Shown here: in pieces, positions 20,202 through 29,931 of the stretch
Layout: each line of letters begins with the position of its first letter
Position numbering within the stretch: position 1 is the stretch's first letter
Origin: Vulcanimicrobiota bacterium
GTDB taxonomy: Bacteria; Vulcanimicrobiota; Vulcanimicrobiia; Vulcanimicrobiales; Vulcanimicrobiaceae
Length of the DNA stretch: 64,000 nucleotides
Assembly (NCBI GenBank): GCA_963714015.1
Contig: OY970223.1
Coordinates: forward strand, 1,888,001 to 1,952,000
Reading direction: 5' to 3'
Notes under the pieces: model-generated
The model's input: only the letters and a program-made list of their open reading frames with translations
Database searches by the model: none
What the model was told of the DNA's origin: nothing
Translations under genes and position numbers: made by a program

Positions 20202-20830
20202 ACGGCGACAGCAATCAACGACTGCTCCAGGTTCTCGCGCTGGTTCCCAAGGATTCCCATCTGGATCCCCACTGGGAGCCGCGCGCGCCGGCCGGAGCCA
20301 CCTATGGGGACGCCGTTGCCGGCTTAGATCCGGACCAGGTCGCCCAGGACCTCGAGACCCTCGCTGACCGCGGCTATGCGGAACGGATATTCGTCGAACG
20401 CCTAATGATCTGTCCGTCCTGCTCGAGTCATGCGGTCAACGTTCACGAGTCGTGCGTCACTTGCAACTCGTCCAACCTCGAGTCGATCACGTCGTACTTC
20501 CATTTCCGCTGCGGTTTCATCGGACCGGAAAAGGCGTTTACGAAAGAACCCGCCGGCCTGCGCTGCCCCAAATGCAAGAAGTACCTGGTCGACGTGGGAA
20601 CCGATCACGATAGCCCTGGGGTCTTTTTCGAGTGCAAGAATTGCGCTGCGATGTTCCAGCAGCCGAATATGGGCGTGCGGTGCCTGGGATGCGGCGCGCG
20701 ATTCACCGGCCTGGCCCTGCAGGATCTCAAACACCGCGACGTCTACGCGTACCGGCTGCTGCTTCGCGGCCAAAATGCGCTCGCAAACGGAGCGCTGGAG
20801 ACCAGCGACCTGAATGCTCGATCTCTTTAA
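20198..20830 (+). CDS. Multi-CxxC Zn-ribbon protein (TackOD1-like)
   Basis: CPSC, CVTC, HFRCG, CPKC, VGTDHDSPG, CKNC, CLGC; start and stop overlap both neighbours. Confidence 0.7.
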   Translation: MNGDSNQRLLQVLALVPKDSHLDPHWEPRAPAGATYGDAVAGLDPDQVAQDLETLADRGYAERIFVERLMICPSCSSHAVNVHESCVTCNSSNLESITSYFHFRCGFIGPEKAFTKEPAGLRCPKCKKYLVDVGTDHDSPGVFFECKNCAAMFQQPNMGVRCLGCGARFTGLALQDLKHRDVYAYRLLLRGQNALANGALETSDLNARSL

Positions 20831-22114
20831 TCGGTTACTGACAAGCCTCGACAACTTCTACATTTGGAACGCGTTCCTCGCCGTTCCGCACCTGCTGTAC
20901 AGCACGAGTCTGATCTTCTGGCTCGTCGTGTTCCTGGTTGTGCGCTTCGAAACTCCTAACTTCGCGTTGTACGTCGCCTACTTGGTGAATCGTAAGGCAT
21001 TCGAGCCGCCGCCCCTGCGGCGTTTCGCGAACAATCAGCCGCTGATCTCGTTTCTTATCGCCGGACGCAACCCGGGCGCGAGCATCATCTCGTGCATCGA
21101 ATCGATTCTGGCGAGCAACTACAAAAACATCGAGATCATCTTTGCCGACGACAAGTCCACCGACAATAGCGTCGAGCTGGCGCGCAAATTCGAGTCTTCC
21201 GGCAAAGTCCGCGTCGTCGCGAATGCCAACCACAGCGGAAAAGCCGCCGGGCTCAATCTGGCGCTGATGTTCGCTCGCGGAGAGTTCGTTTTCATCCTCG
21301 ACGCCGACAGCTGGTGTTTCCCGACACCGTCGACAATATGCTGCCGTATTTCGAGGACCCGAAGGTCGGCGGCGTCTCACCGAGCATTTTCTGCCGCAAT
21401 CCGTTCGATAGTTTCTGGACGCGGTGCCAGCAGATCGAATACGTCATGGCGTACGTCATGAACCAGCTCTGGCGCGACAAACTCGGAGTCATCGCCACCC
21501 TCTCCGGAATGGGGACGCTCTTCCGGATGGAGGCCATCAAGCACATCGGCGGCTGGGACATGGGATTGGGCGACGACACGGACAGTACGATCCGGTTGCG
21601 CAAAACGCATTGGACGCTGCACACTTCGCTGCGCGGGCATATCCTGACCGAATGTCCCAAGACGCTCAGCCATCTCTGGAGCCAGCGTTCGAGGTGGACC
21701 CGCAACATGGTCAAACAGCGGATGCGTAAGCACCGCGATTTGGGGACGTTCCGCTACGGGTTCAGGAACGGCCTGATGTTCTGGGACATGACGTTCAATC
21801 GCATCGTCCACCCGTATCTGCTGGTGGGGCTGCCGCTGCTCGCCTTCTTTCTGAAGACTCCCGACATTCCGGTCATAGCGGGCGGACTGTACGCCTTTAC
21901 GACCATCATTTTTACGCTCGAATTGCTGATGGCCCGCGATATGACGCGGCGCGATCCCTCGATGCAGAATTTTCTGCTGATGCCAATCTACGTTCTCTAT
22001 CGCATTCCGCTGCTGACCGTTCGGCTCGTTCAGATTACCCGCGAGCTGCTGATGATCAAGCCATGGCATCCCTACGTTCCACGCCGGGTGTGGGACGCGA
22101 TCCCGTTCCACTAG
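20814..22114 (+). CDS. Processive GT2 glycosyltransferase / polysaccharide synthase (frameshift near 21312)
   Basis: DDKSTD, GKAAGLN, DAD, GDD, QRSRW (QxxRW); TM helices at both ends. Confidence 0.88.
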
Positions 22115-22151
22115 AGTAGTTTCAGGACTCGCCGGCCCCGGTCACCCCGCC

Positions 22152-23465
22152 CTAAGGCGAGGTGATCGAGAACAGCGCGTTGCCGTTGCTGCGAATGTTC
22201 AGGACGCCGTTTGGAGCATACGACCGGATATCCGTGGCGAACGCCTGGTACGTCGGTGACGTTGAAATCGAGTCGTACTGGAACGACTGATTGTTGTCTT
22301 CGTACCATGAGATTGCGTGAAGGTGCGGATACGGCGTGTTCGGCGAGGTCAGTACCGAGAACATCGCGTCGATCCACGCAGCCTTCATGGCACCGCCGTC
22401 GCCATATTCGTTTGAGGCGGTTTCCGTGACCATAATCGGCTTGTTTTCGGTAGCTTTGATCGCGTAGTTGTACGCGCCGCCCATCATGAACGTGAACGCG
22501 TACCACCTGCGTCCATTGTTGTAGCTGCCCATGTTGTAGCCGTCCAGCGCAACCCAGTCAACGTAGGAGTCGCCGGGGTATGCTGCCGGAGGCTCGTTCC
22601 ACGATTCGACCGGGCTCGTGCCGCTGTTGAAGCACCAGATGAACTTCACGTTCGAGGCGCCTACTTGACGGAAGATCGTGACGACATGCTGCCAAGCCGC
22701 GATAAAGTTGGCGTCTGCAACCGGCCCCGCGCCGTTCTGCGGTAGTCCCCATGCATACCGCGTCGTGTTGAACTCGTGGAAGAGCCGGATGAACACGGGC
22801 TGTCCGAACGCCTTCAGCGTCTGTGCGGAAGCGGTGATGTACGAGTCATAATCGCCGGCCGCGATCCCGGCAAGCGTAACCGTCGAATGAGCCGACTGTG
22901 CCTGCCACGTGATGTCGGGGATCGTATTTTGAGCCTCCATCGCCGCCAGCGCGTTCTGAGAGATGACGTTCGTCATTGCCTCGTCCCACGTCGAGTACAC
23001 CGTGCCGATCGCTATCCCGTGCCGCATGACGGAGGGAAAGTTTGTGCACGTAAGTGCAGCCCACAGGCCGCAATCGGCGCCAAGGAAAATGCCGGACGTG
23101 GAGTTACTTGGGTCCGGTAATATCGGCAAACCGTTGGGGTTGAATGTCGGCACCGGGCTAGGCGTGGGGCTCGGCGCATTCGTCGGCCAGGGTGTGCCGG
23201 TGGGCCAGGGTGTGCCGGTCGGCCAGGGGGTGCCGGTGGGCCGGGGGGTGCTCGTCGGCCACGGGCTGCCGGTGGGCCGCCAGTTCGGTGTAGAAGTCGG
23301 GGAGGGGCTCGGCGTGGTGCTCGGACGCGCCGATGGGAAACTTTGGCCAAGGCCGGCCGTCGATGCGCCTCCGGTGCTGGGGATACCGGCTCCGCCGCCG
23401 CCGCATGCGGTCAGAATCGTTGCGGCCAGGGCTAGGGTCAATACACTTCTCGTCTGTCTGCTCAC
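22152..23465 (-). CDS. GH26 glycoside hydrolase lipoprotein with Pro/Thr linker
   Basis: Lipobox ILTAC; PTGTPW repeats; [29 protein letters not shown]. Confidence 0.85.
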   Translation of the reverse strand: MSRQTRSVLTLALAATILTACGGGGAGIPSTGGASTAGLGQSFPSARPSTTPSPSPTSTPNWRPTGSPWPTSTPRPTGTPWPTGTPWPTGTPWPTNAPSPTPSPVPTFNPNGLPILPDPSNSTSGIFLGADCGLWAALTCTNFPSVMRHGIAIGTVYSTWDEAMTNVISQNALAAMEAQNTIPDITWQAQSAHSTVTLAGIAAGDYDSYITASAQTLKAFGQPVFIRLFHEFNTTRYAWGLPQNGAGPVADANFIAAWQHVVTIFRQVGASNVKFIWCFNSGTSPVESWNEPPAAYPGDSYVDWVALDGYNMGSYNNGRRWYAFTFMMGGAYNYAIKATENKPIMVTETASNEYGDGGAMKAAWIDAMFSVLTSPNTPYPHLHAISWYEDNNQSFQYDSISTSPTYQAFATDIRSYAPNGVLNIRSNGNALFSITSP

Positions 23466-23548
23466 AAACGAGTAATCGGCGTCTTAATGTTTTTGGTGTA
23501 GTCGCTTTACAAATTCTTAAGGGTTGGTACTCCTCAATACCAAACGAG

Positions 23549-23578
23549 AAGCGCCCCGCGAATCCGCGAGGCGCTTGG
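23549..23578 (-). terminator. Probable terminator after the sulfotransferase
   Basis: Minus strand AAGCGCCTCGCG-GATT-CGCGGGGCGCTT followed by CTCGTTT. Confidence 0.55.
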
Positions 23579-23600
23579 AACGGTTGCCTAATCCCGCGGC

Positions 23601-24317
23601 TTAGACGCCGACGCAAACCTCGTATTTCGAACACTCTTGCTTGAAGATTTCCTTTGCCTTGGCGTAGAGCTCGACGTCTTGCGCTCGATACTTGTTGACC
23701 AGTCTGCGCACCTCGTCGCTTACTTCGAAGGCGCCGCCAACGCGCTTGGTTACGTTGGCAAAACGCGGCGGTCCAAGGTCGTGCCGGAACCGCGCCTTGA
23801 AGAGTTCCCAGCTCTTCTCGTATTCCTCGTAGAGGCCGACGAAGGCGAATTCTTCGATGGGAACGCTGCCCACGAACTGCGATTGGTGATCGTGGTAGAA
23901 CAGCCACTTGAAGTGTTCTTCGAGCGTGGGGCGCAGCTCTTGCCAGTAACGGACCTCAGCGTGAACCTCCTTGTTCGCATCGCTCTTGCGATCGGTCAGC
24001 GCGCTTTGCCAGCGCCAGTGCGAAATCGACTGCTGCGCCGGTTCGCGCACGAACGTGACGTATTCGGCTTGCGGGAAGAGACCCACGTACTTGTCTGCGC
24101 AAAAATGTCCGTGTATGACATCGTAATTCTCGAGCAGCTCTTCGCGCCGAGCGCGCATTGCAGCCATCCGCAGGTCGCGGCGGCGGTTGGCGAACGGCTC
24201 GTCGAAACCGACCCAGTCCCCGTAGTCGCGGAAGACGCGCTCGACGTCGTATGCATCCATCAAGGCCTCACGAAACGAATTTCCGGCGGTCTTGGGGATG
24301 TGGATTGAAAGTAACAT
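23601..24317 (-). CDS. PAPS-dependent sulfotransferase
   Basis: 5'-PSB motif IHIPKTAGNS, GHF, 3'-PB motif VREP...SISHW, C-terminal N...DVELY. Confidence 0.85.
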   Translation of the reverse strand: MLLSIHIPKTAGNSFREALMDAYDVERVFRDYGDWVGFDEPFANRRRDLRMAAMRARREELLENYDVIHGHFCADKYVGLFPQAEYVTFVREPAQQSISHWRWQSALTDRKSDANKEVHAEVRYWQELRPTLEEHFKWLFYHDHQSQFVGSVPIEEFAFVGLYEEYEKSWELFKARFRHDLGPPRFANVTKRVGGAFEVSDEVRRLVNKYRAQDVELYAKAKEIFKQECSKYEVCVGV

Positions 24318-24347
24318 AGGCTCGTTCAATGCTCTCTTTCGGTGTGA

Positions 24348-25373
24348 TTATGGTACGGGCTGCGCCCCGGCATTCGTCGCTTCCGCGGCGCGGAGAGCGC
24401 CGGTCAAAGCTGTTCGGATGATTGCGTCGATCTCCAGGTAGCGCGGCTGCCACCCCAGCGTGCGATTTGCAAGCGATGCATCGGCAACGAGAACCGGCGG
24501 ATCGCCTTCGCGGCGAGGTCCGGCGCCGTGCGGGACCCGGCGGGCGGCGACGCGTTCGACGCTGCTCAAAAGTTCTTTGACGGACGTGCCGCGACCGGTT
24601 CCCAGATTGAGCGTGAGAACGCCGGCGTTGTTCTCGAGGTGCTTGAGCGCGAGCATGTGCGCTTCGGCCAAATCGTCGACGTGGATGTAGTCGCGAATGC
24701 AGGTTCCGTCGGGCGTGTTGAAGTCATCGCCGAAAATCGTAAACGGTTTTCCGCCCAATGCGGCGCGAATAGCCAGCGGAATAGCGTGGGTTTCGGGATC
24801 GTGCAGCTCGTAAAGATCGTGCGTCTCGCTGCTTCCGGCGGCGTTGAAGTAGCGCAGCAGCGCGAAACTCATTCCGTAGGCGGCGGCAAAGTCGCGCATC
24901 ACGTGCTCGATCATCAGTTTGGAACGGCCGTAAGGATTGATAGGCCGTTCGTCCATGGTTTCGTCGAGGTGCTTGCCCTCGGGCGGTATGCCGTACGTCG
25001 CGCACGTTGAAGAGAACACGACGCGCCGCACGCCGCTATCGCGAAGCGCGGTGAGCAGCCGGCACGTTTGAACCACGTTGTTTTCGTAATACAGACCCGG
25101 ATCGACGACCGATTCTCCGACTGCGGCGAACGCCGCAAAATGGACGACGCCGGTTACGTTGTGGCGGCGCACCGTATCGCGGATCGCTTCGACGTCTCCG
25201 ACGTCGGCGCGAACCAGTTTGCCGGTGGGAACGAACGTCCCGTTAGAACGGCTGAGGTTGTCCACGACGACGTACGGAACGCCGCGATCCTGAAGAAGGG
25301 CGGCGAAGTGCGACCCGATGTAGCCGGCCCCTCCCGTGACTAGGAGCGAGCCGCCCAGGTACGCGTTTTCCAT
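24348..25373 (-). CDS. galE: UDP-glucose 4-epimerase
   Basis: VTGGAGYIGSH, HFAA, FSSTCATYG, YGRSK, LRYFNAAG, DGTCIRDYIHV. Confidence 0.93.
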   Translation of the reverse strand: MENAYLGGSLLVTGGAGYIGSHFAALLQDRGVPYVVVDNLSRSNGTFVPTGKLVRADVGDVEAIRDTVRRHNVTGVVHFAAFAAVGESVVDPGLYYENNVVQTCRLLTALRDSGVRRVVFSSTCATYGIPPEGKHLDETMDERPINPYGRSKLMIEHVMRDFAAAYGMSFALLRYFNAAGSSETHDLYELHDPETHAIPLAIRAALGGKPFTIFGDDFNTPDGTCIRDYIHVDDLAEAHMLALKHLENNAGVLTLNLGTGRGTSVKELLSSVERVAARRVPHGAGPRREGDPPVLVADASLANRTLGWQPRYLEIDAIIRTALTGALRAAEATNAGAQPVP

Positions 25374-25379
25374 GTTCGC

Positions 25380-27041
25380 TTAAGCCCCCGAGGAGAGCCC
25401 CGAAACGATCCGCGCGAGCACCTCGTGGGTTGCGGCGTCCATTCCAAAGAACTCCAAATGATACTGGTACCAGCCGTTGTCGGCGATGCGGTGGTCTACC
25501 ACCCGCGCCTGGAGCACGACTTCGTCCGTGACGCTCGCTCCATGCACGTGCGGAGCCTTGAACCGGACTTCAACACGCGAGCCGATGGGCAGCATGTCAT
25601 CGGCGGCCATGAGCAATCCGCCGGCCGAGATGTTTTTCATACGAGCGGAGCGGCGCGCCGAGATCGACGTCTGATACGTCATGGCCAAGTCGGTGCCGAT
25701 GCGCACGCTGGAGCGCGCGTCGGTTTCGGCGGAATCCCATGAAACCGAACTAATGAGCAGCGCACCGCTAGTGCGGTGGCTCGAGGGATCGACGACGATC
25801 ATCGAACCCGCGGTACGGTTCGTCTGGTAAAGGTCGACCGGAAGCGCTTCCTGCGTTTCGAAGGTGACGTAACCGATCTCGTTTACTTCGAGCGCGTGCG
25901 CAGCAGTGCGGTCGAGCGTGTGAATGTCCAGGCAGCTCTCGATGCTGACGATGCGTCCTTGAATCCAGCGCGAGCCGTGACGGATCCAGTACTTGCGGCC
26001 AATCTGCGCGGGTTCGGTGTCCATCCACGCAAGTGCAGCGGAGAAACGCTGCGTGCTGCGTACAGTGTGCGGCGTCGATATCCAGTTTCCGCGCGCCACG
26101 TCCACGTGGCGATCGAGGACGAGTCCGGCCGATTCGCCCGCTTGAACGATTTCCACGCGGTCGCCGGCGCGCCGCACTTCGACTACCGTTGCAGATTCGT
26201 TGCTCGGGAATATCTGCACGCTATCGCCGCGCTGCACGCTGCCGCCGCAGACCCGTCCCCACACGACGCGGGTATGGTTGCTGCCCGTAGCGGGATCGCG
26301 CGAGACGTATTGCACCGGCATGAGGAAATTGCCGTCTTTGGTGCCGTCCTCTTCGACCGGAAGACATTCGAGCAATTCGAGAAGCGTCGGCCCGGTATAC
26401 CAGTCCAATCCGCCGCGCGTCGTTACGTTGTCGCCGTTCAGCGCGGAGATCGGCACGATTGCCCGCACCGGAATTCCGGCGGCGCCGCTGAGCTGCAGCA
26501 GCGCTTCGCAGACGGCCTCAAAGCCTTCACGCTGGTTGGGAATAGCGTCGATCTTATTGACGGCGAACACGATGCTCGGGATGCGCAAGAGGTGCGCGAG
26601 AAGCGTATGGCGGCGCGTTTGAGCGAGCAGCGTAACGGGACGTTTGCTCACATCGAGTTTCGTGATGTCGACCAGCACCACGGCCGCGTCGCTTCCGGTG
26701 GCCGCCGTAACCATGTTCCGCGTGTACTGTTCGTGCCCCGGCGCGTCCGCGATGATGAACTTGCGCTGGCGCGTCGAAAAATAACGGTACGCGACGTCGA
26801 TGGTGATGCCTTGCTCGCGCTCGGCCTCCAATCCGTCGGTCAGCAGCGCGAGATCGATCTCCTGACCGTTACTGCTCAAACGGCCAAGCTGATCCGCTAG
26901 AATCGCTTGACATTCGTACAACAATCGGCCCGTGAGAGTGCTCTTCCCGTCGTCCACGCTCCCGGCCATCAGAAACCGCAACGCGCGGTCTTCGCCCGGA
27001 CGGTTGTTGCCGGCGGGGACAGCGTTCATCATAACCACCAT
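25380..27041 (-). CDS. cysN: Sulfate adenylyltransferase GTPase subunit fused to a C-terminal PilZ domain
   Basis: GSVDDGKSTL, EREQGITIDVAYRYF, DAPGHEQYTRNM, NKID; last ~110 aa carry RSSVR (RxxxR) and NISAGG (D/NxSxxG). Confidence 0.9.
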   Translation of the reverse strand: MVVMMNAVPAGNNRPGEDRALRFLMAGSVDDGKSTLTGRLLYECQAILADQLGRLSSNGQEIDLALLTDGLEAEREQGITIDVAYRYFSTRQRKFIIADAPGHEQYTRNMVTAATGSDAAVVLVDITKLDVSKRPVTLLAQTRRHTLLAHLLRIPSIVFAVNKIDAIPNQREGFEAVCEALLQLSGAAGIPVRAIVPISALNGDNVTTRGGLDWYTGPTLLELLECLPVEEDGTKDGNFLMPVQYVSRDPATGSNHTRVVWGRVCGGSVQRGDSVQIFPSNESATVVEVRRAGDRVEIVQAGESAGLVLDRHVDVARGNWISTPHTVRSTQRFSAALAWMDTEPAQIGRKYWIRHGSRWIQGRIVSIESCLDIHTLDRTAAHALEVNEIGYVTFETQEALPVDLYQTNRTAGSMIVVDPSSHRTSGALLISSVSWDSAETDARSSVRIGTDLAMTYQTSISARRSARMKNISAGGLLMAADDMLPIGSRVEVRFKAPHVHGASVTDEVVLQARVVDHRIADNGWYQYHLEFFGMDAATHEVLARIVSGLSSGA

Positions 27042-27044
27042 TGA

Positions 27045-28003
27045 TTAGAAATAGCCTTCGAGTTTGCGCCGCTCCATTGAAGCTTCGGAGGTGCTGTCGT
27101 CCATACGCGTAGCGCCGCGTTCGCTGACAGTCACCGAAACGGTCTCGGCGATGATTTCCTGCGGAGTCGAAGCGAAGCTCTCGACACGGGACAGGTGCAC
27201 GTCATGTCACCAACGGTGCGGAATCTCACGGAGACGCTTTCAGGCCGTTCGAGCGGCTGAAGCGGTGTAATATCCGTGATCGGCACGAGAAGATCGCGCC
27301 GGCGCACGACCGGACGCATGTGCGAGTAGTAGAGAGAGGGCAGCGCAATTTCTTCGCGGGCGATATAGAGCCACACGTCCAACTCGGTCCAGTTCGAGAT
27401 CGGGAACGCGCGCATATGTTCGCCCGGGCGAACGCGCGTGTTGAAGAGCGTCCACAACTCGGGGCGCTGCTCTTTGGGCCGCCATTGTCCGAAACGATCG
27501 CGATGCGAGAAGATGCGCTCTTTTGCGCGAGCCTTTTCTTCGTCGCGGCGCGCGCCGCCGATCAGCACGTCGAAGCGATGCTCCTCGATCGTTTCGAGCA
27601 GCGTCACTGACTGATGGCTGTTGCGGCTTTCGAGCGGATGCGAAAGGCGAACCGTTCCGCGCTCGATGGAATCCTGAAGGCTGCCCACGATGAGGCGTTC
27701 TCCGGTTTCCGCGACGCACCAGTCGCGGAATTCGATTACTTCCGGGAAATTATGACCCGTGTCAATGTGCACGAGCGGGAACGGCAGCGTTCCGCGATAG
27801 GTACCGTCGGCATCGCGGTGCTTGAACGCCTTTTCCGCAAGGCGAAGCACGACGCATGAATCTTTGCCGCCGGAGAACAACAGTGCGGGCCGTTCGAAAG
27901 CACCCGCGACTTCGCGCAGGATGAAAATCGCCTCTTCCTCGAGCCAATCGAGATGGCGAACGTTAAGCGGCGAAGTCTGCTCAACAGTAAGAGCTGCGTC
28001 CAT
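27045..28003 (-). CDS. cysD: Sulfate adenylyltransferase subunit 2 (frameshift near 27183)
   Basis: LFSGGKDS, GGARRDEEKARAKER, QRPELW, VRFRTVGD; shifted frame ends SMERRKLEGYF*. Confidence 0.94.
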
Positions 28004-28460
28004 CGTAAATTGTCGCGTCCTAACGAATGAAAGGAGATGCGGTCATCTGCGCCTTTTCCGGCATACACTCCTGCCCGATGCCCTCGTTACAAGTAGTCCA
28101 TTCGGCACGTTCGCTGTTTAGACTTTACGCTCCTAATATTAGGCGTTTGCACCGTTGCGTCGGCATATATGGCTTTTACATCTTCGGCATTGCCTGCGCA
28201 ACAGATTAGAATCGCCGCTATCTCGGCTTTCCTTATATCTCGGCTTTCCTTATATATGGGAATAGCTCCCAATCTCGTCATGAAGTCAAGACCGTGCAAC
28301 GGCAATAGTGAAAAAATACTAGTGACAAGCTAGGCTTTACGCTTGATTGACACTTCACGGCGCGATTGATATCGTAGCCGCACGAAGCCCCAAACGGGTT
28401 TTGCCGCTCGTATCTGCGGCGTTTACGGCAGATGCGGGCCACGGTTTCCGTAGGGAGCAC

Positions 28461-29240
28461 ATGAACGCAGAGCTCATTGCCATAGGATTTGTGGTAGGGA
28501 TCCTCGTCGGCCTCACCGGTGTGGGTGGAGGCAGCATTATGACGCCGCTCCTGATTGCGCTGAACATTCCGCCGCTGGCCGCGGTCGGAACCGACCTGTT
28601 GTACAGCGCCCCCACGAAGGTCTTTGGAGCCTATCTGCACCATCGTCAGCGAACCGTGAATTGGCGGCTGGTGGGTGCCTTGACGACCGGCGGCGTACCG
28701 GCCGCCATCGTGGGCGCACTAACGCTGGTATGGTTGCGCGGCCATGTCGCCCTGAGCGTGCTGCAGAGTTTCACGAAGCACGCGGTGGGCGCGGCGCTCG
28801 TCATTTCCGCGGTCATCATCATGGTGACGCCCTGGCTGCTCAAGGGTCAGGATCGGACCTCCGGCAACATCGAGTGGAATCGGGCCAGGCGTTGGAAGAC
28901 CATCACGATCGGTGCCGCGGTCGGCCTCATCGTGACGGTGACCTCCATCGGCAGCGGTTCGGTCACGCTTCCGATGCTCGCTCTGGTCTTGCCCGCAGCG
29001 GGCCTACAAACATTGGTAGGAACGGATATCGCTTTTGCCGCAATTCTCATACCAACCGCATTTCTGAGCCGGTGGTCGATGGGCGGCGGCGTCAACATTC
29101 CGCTCGCGGTCAACCTGATCGTCGGGTCCATGCCCGGGGTCTTCATCGGTACGAAGCTGTGCGGATTTCTCCAGCAGCGTTACCTGCGTCCCGCACTCGC
29201 TTTGACGCTCGTGGTCGTGGGCGCGCGAATGGTCGTCTAA
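28461..29240 (+). CDS. TauE/SafE (TSUP) family sulfur-compound transporter
   Basis: GLTGVGGGSIMTP, AVGTDL, TSIGSGS, LVGTDI; multiple TM helices; GGGAG RBS. Confidence 0.88.
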   Translation: MNAELIAIGFVVGILVGLTGVGGGSIMTPLLIALNIPPLAAVGTDLLYSAPTKVFGAYLHHRQRTVNWRLVGALTTGGVPAAIVGALTLVWLRGHVALSVLQSFTKHAVGAALVISAVIIMVTPWLLKGQDRTSGNIEWNRARRWKTITIGAAVGLIVTVTSIGSGSVTLPMLALVLPAAGLQTLVGTDIAFAAILIPTAFLSRWSMGGGVNIPLAVNLIVGSMPGVFIGTKLCGFLQQRYLRPALALTLVVVGARMVV

Positions 29241-29260
29241 GAACAGGAAGTTCACAGCAC

Positions 29261-29809
29261 TTGAAACGAGGATTCACCGTTTGGCTCACCGGCATGTCCG
29301 GCGCGGGCAAGAGTTCGATTTCCGAAAGACTCGCTGCAGAACTCGCCGCCCGCGGTGAGAGCGTCGAAGTGCTCGACGGCGACGAGGTCCGTACGCACCT
29401 TTCAAAGGGCCTGGGTTTCAGTCGCGAGGACCGCGACGTCAACATCGGCCGCATCGCGTTCGTCGCCTCGCTGCTGGTCAAGCACGGCGCCGCCGTCATT
29501 ACCGCCGCAATCTCGCCCTATGCTCAGGCCCGTGAAGCGGCGCGGAAGCAGATTGGCGACTTTCTCGAGGTCTACGTCCGCTGCTCGATTGAGGAACTCG
29601 CGCGTCGCGACGTCAAAGGCCTTTACAAGAAGGCAATCGCCGGCGAGATCGGTCAGTTCACCGGAATCTCCGATGAGTATGAGGCACCGCAAAATCCGAA
29701 CGTGACGGTCGATACGGAGTTGGAAACGATCGAAGAGAGCGTCTCCAAGATCATCGCGGCGCTGGAGGAGCGCGGGTACTTGCGGGCGGGCGAGCAAGCC
29801 CGCACCTAA
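29261..29809 (+). CDS. cysC: Adenylyl-sulfate kinase
   Basis: WLTGMSGAGKS, LDGDEVR, LGFSREDR, RDVKGLY, FTGISDEYEAP; TTG start. Confidence 0.94.
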   Translation: MKRGFTVWLTGMSGAGKSSISERLAAELAARGESVEVLDGDEVRTHLSKGLGFSREDRDVNIGRIAFVASLLVKHGAAVITAAISPYAQAREAARKQIGDFLEVYVRCSIEELARRDVKGLYKKAIAGEIGQFTGISDEYEAPQNPNVTVDTELETIEESVSKIIAALEERGYLRAGEQART

Positions 29810-29881
29810 CGTCCCGCGGCTATCGTCATCCGGTCCCCATCGGTAATGCCGTGGCCGTTACCATCGACGTTTACGTGAAGT

Positions 29882-29915
29882 AAGAAAGGCCTCGCCGGGG
29901 CGAGGCCTTTCTTTT
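29882..29915. terminator. Bidirectional terminator
   Basis: AAGAAAGGCCTCGCC-GG-GGCGAGGCCTTTCTT between convergent genes. Confidence 0.8.
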
Positions 29916-29931
29916 AGGCAGCAGCGTTACG

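Noticed and set aside
28661..29809. 382-aa N-terminally extended CysC
   Set aside because: The extension is an alternate frame of tauE; CysC similarity begins at TTG 29261 after an RBS.
29810..29883. Protein-like frame RGYRHPVPIGNAVAVTIDVYVK after cysC
   Set aside because: No start codon or RBS, and CysC is already full length; cannot be supported.
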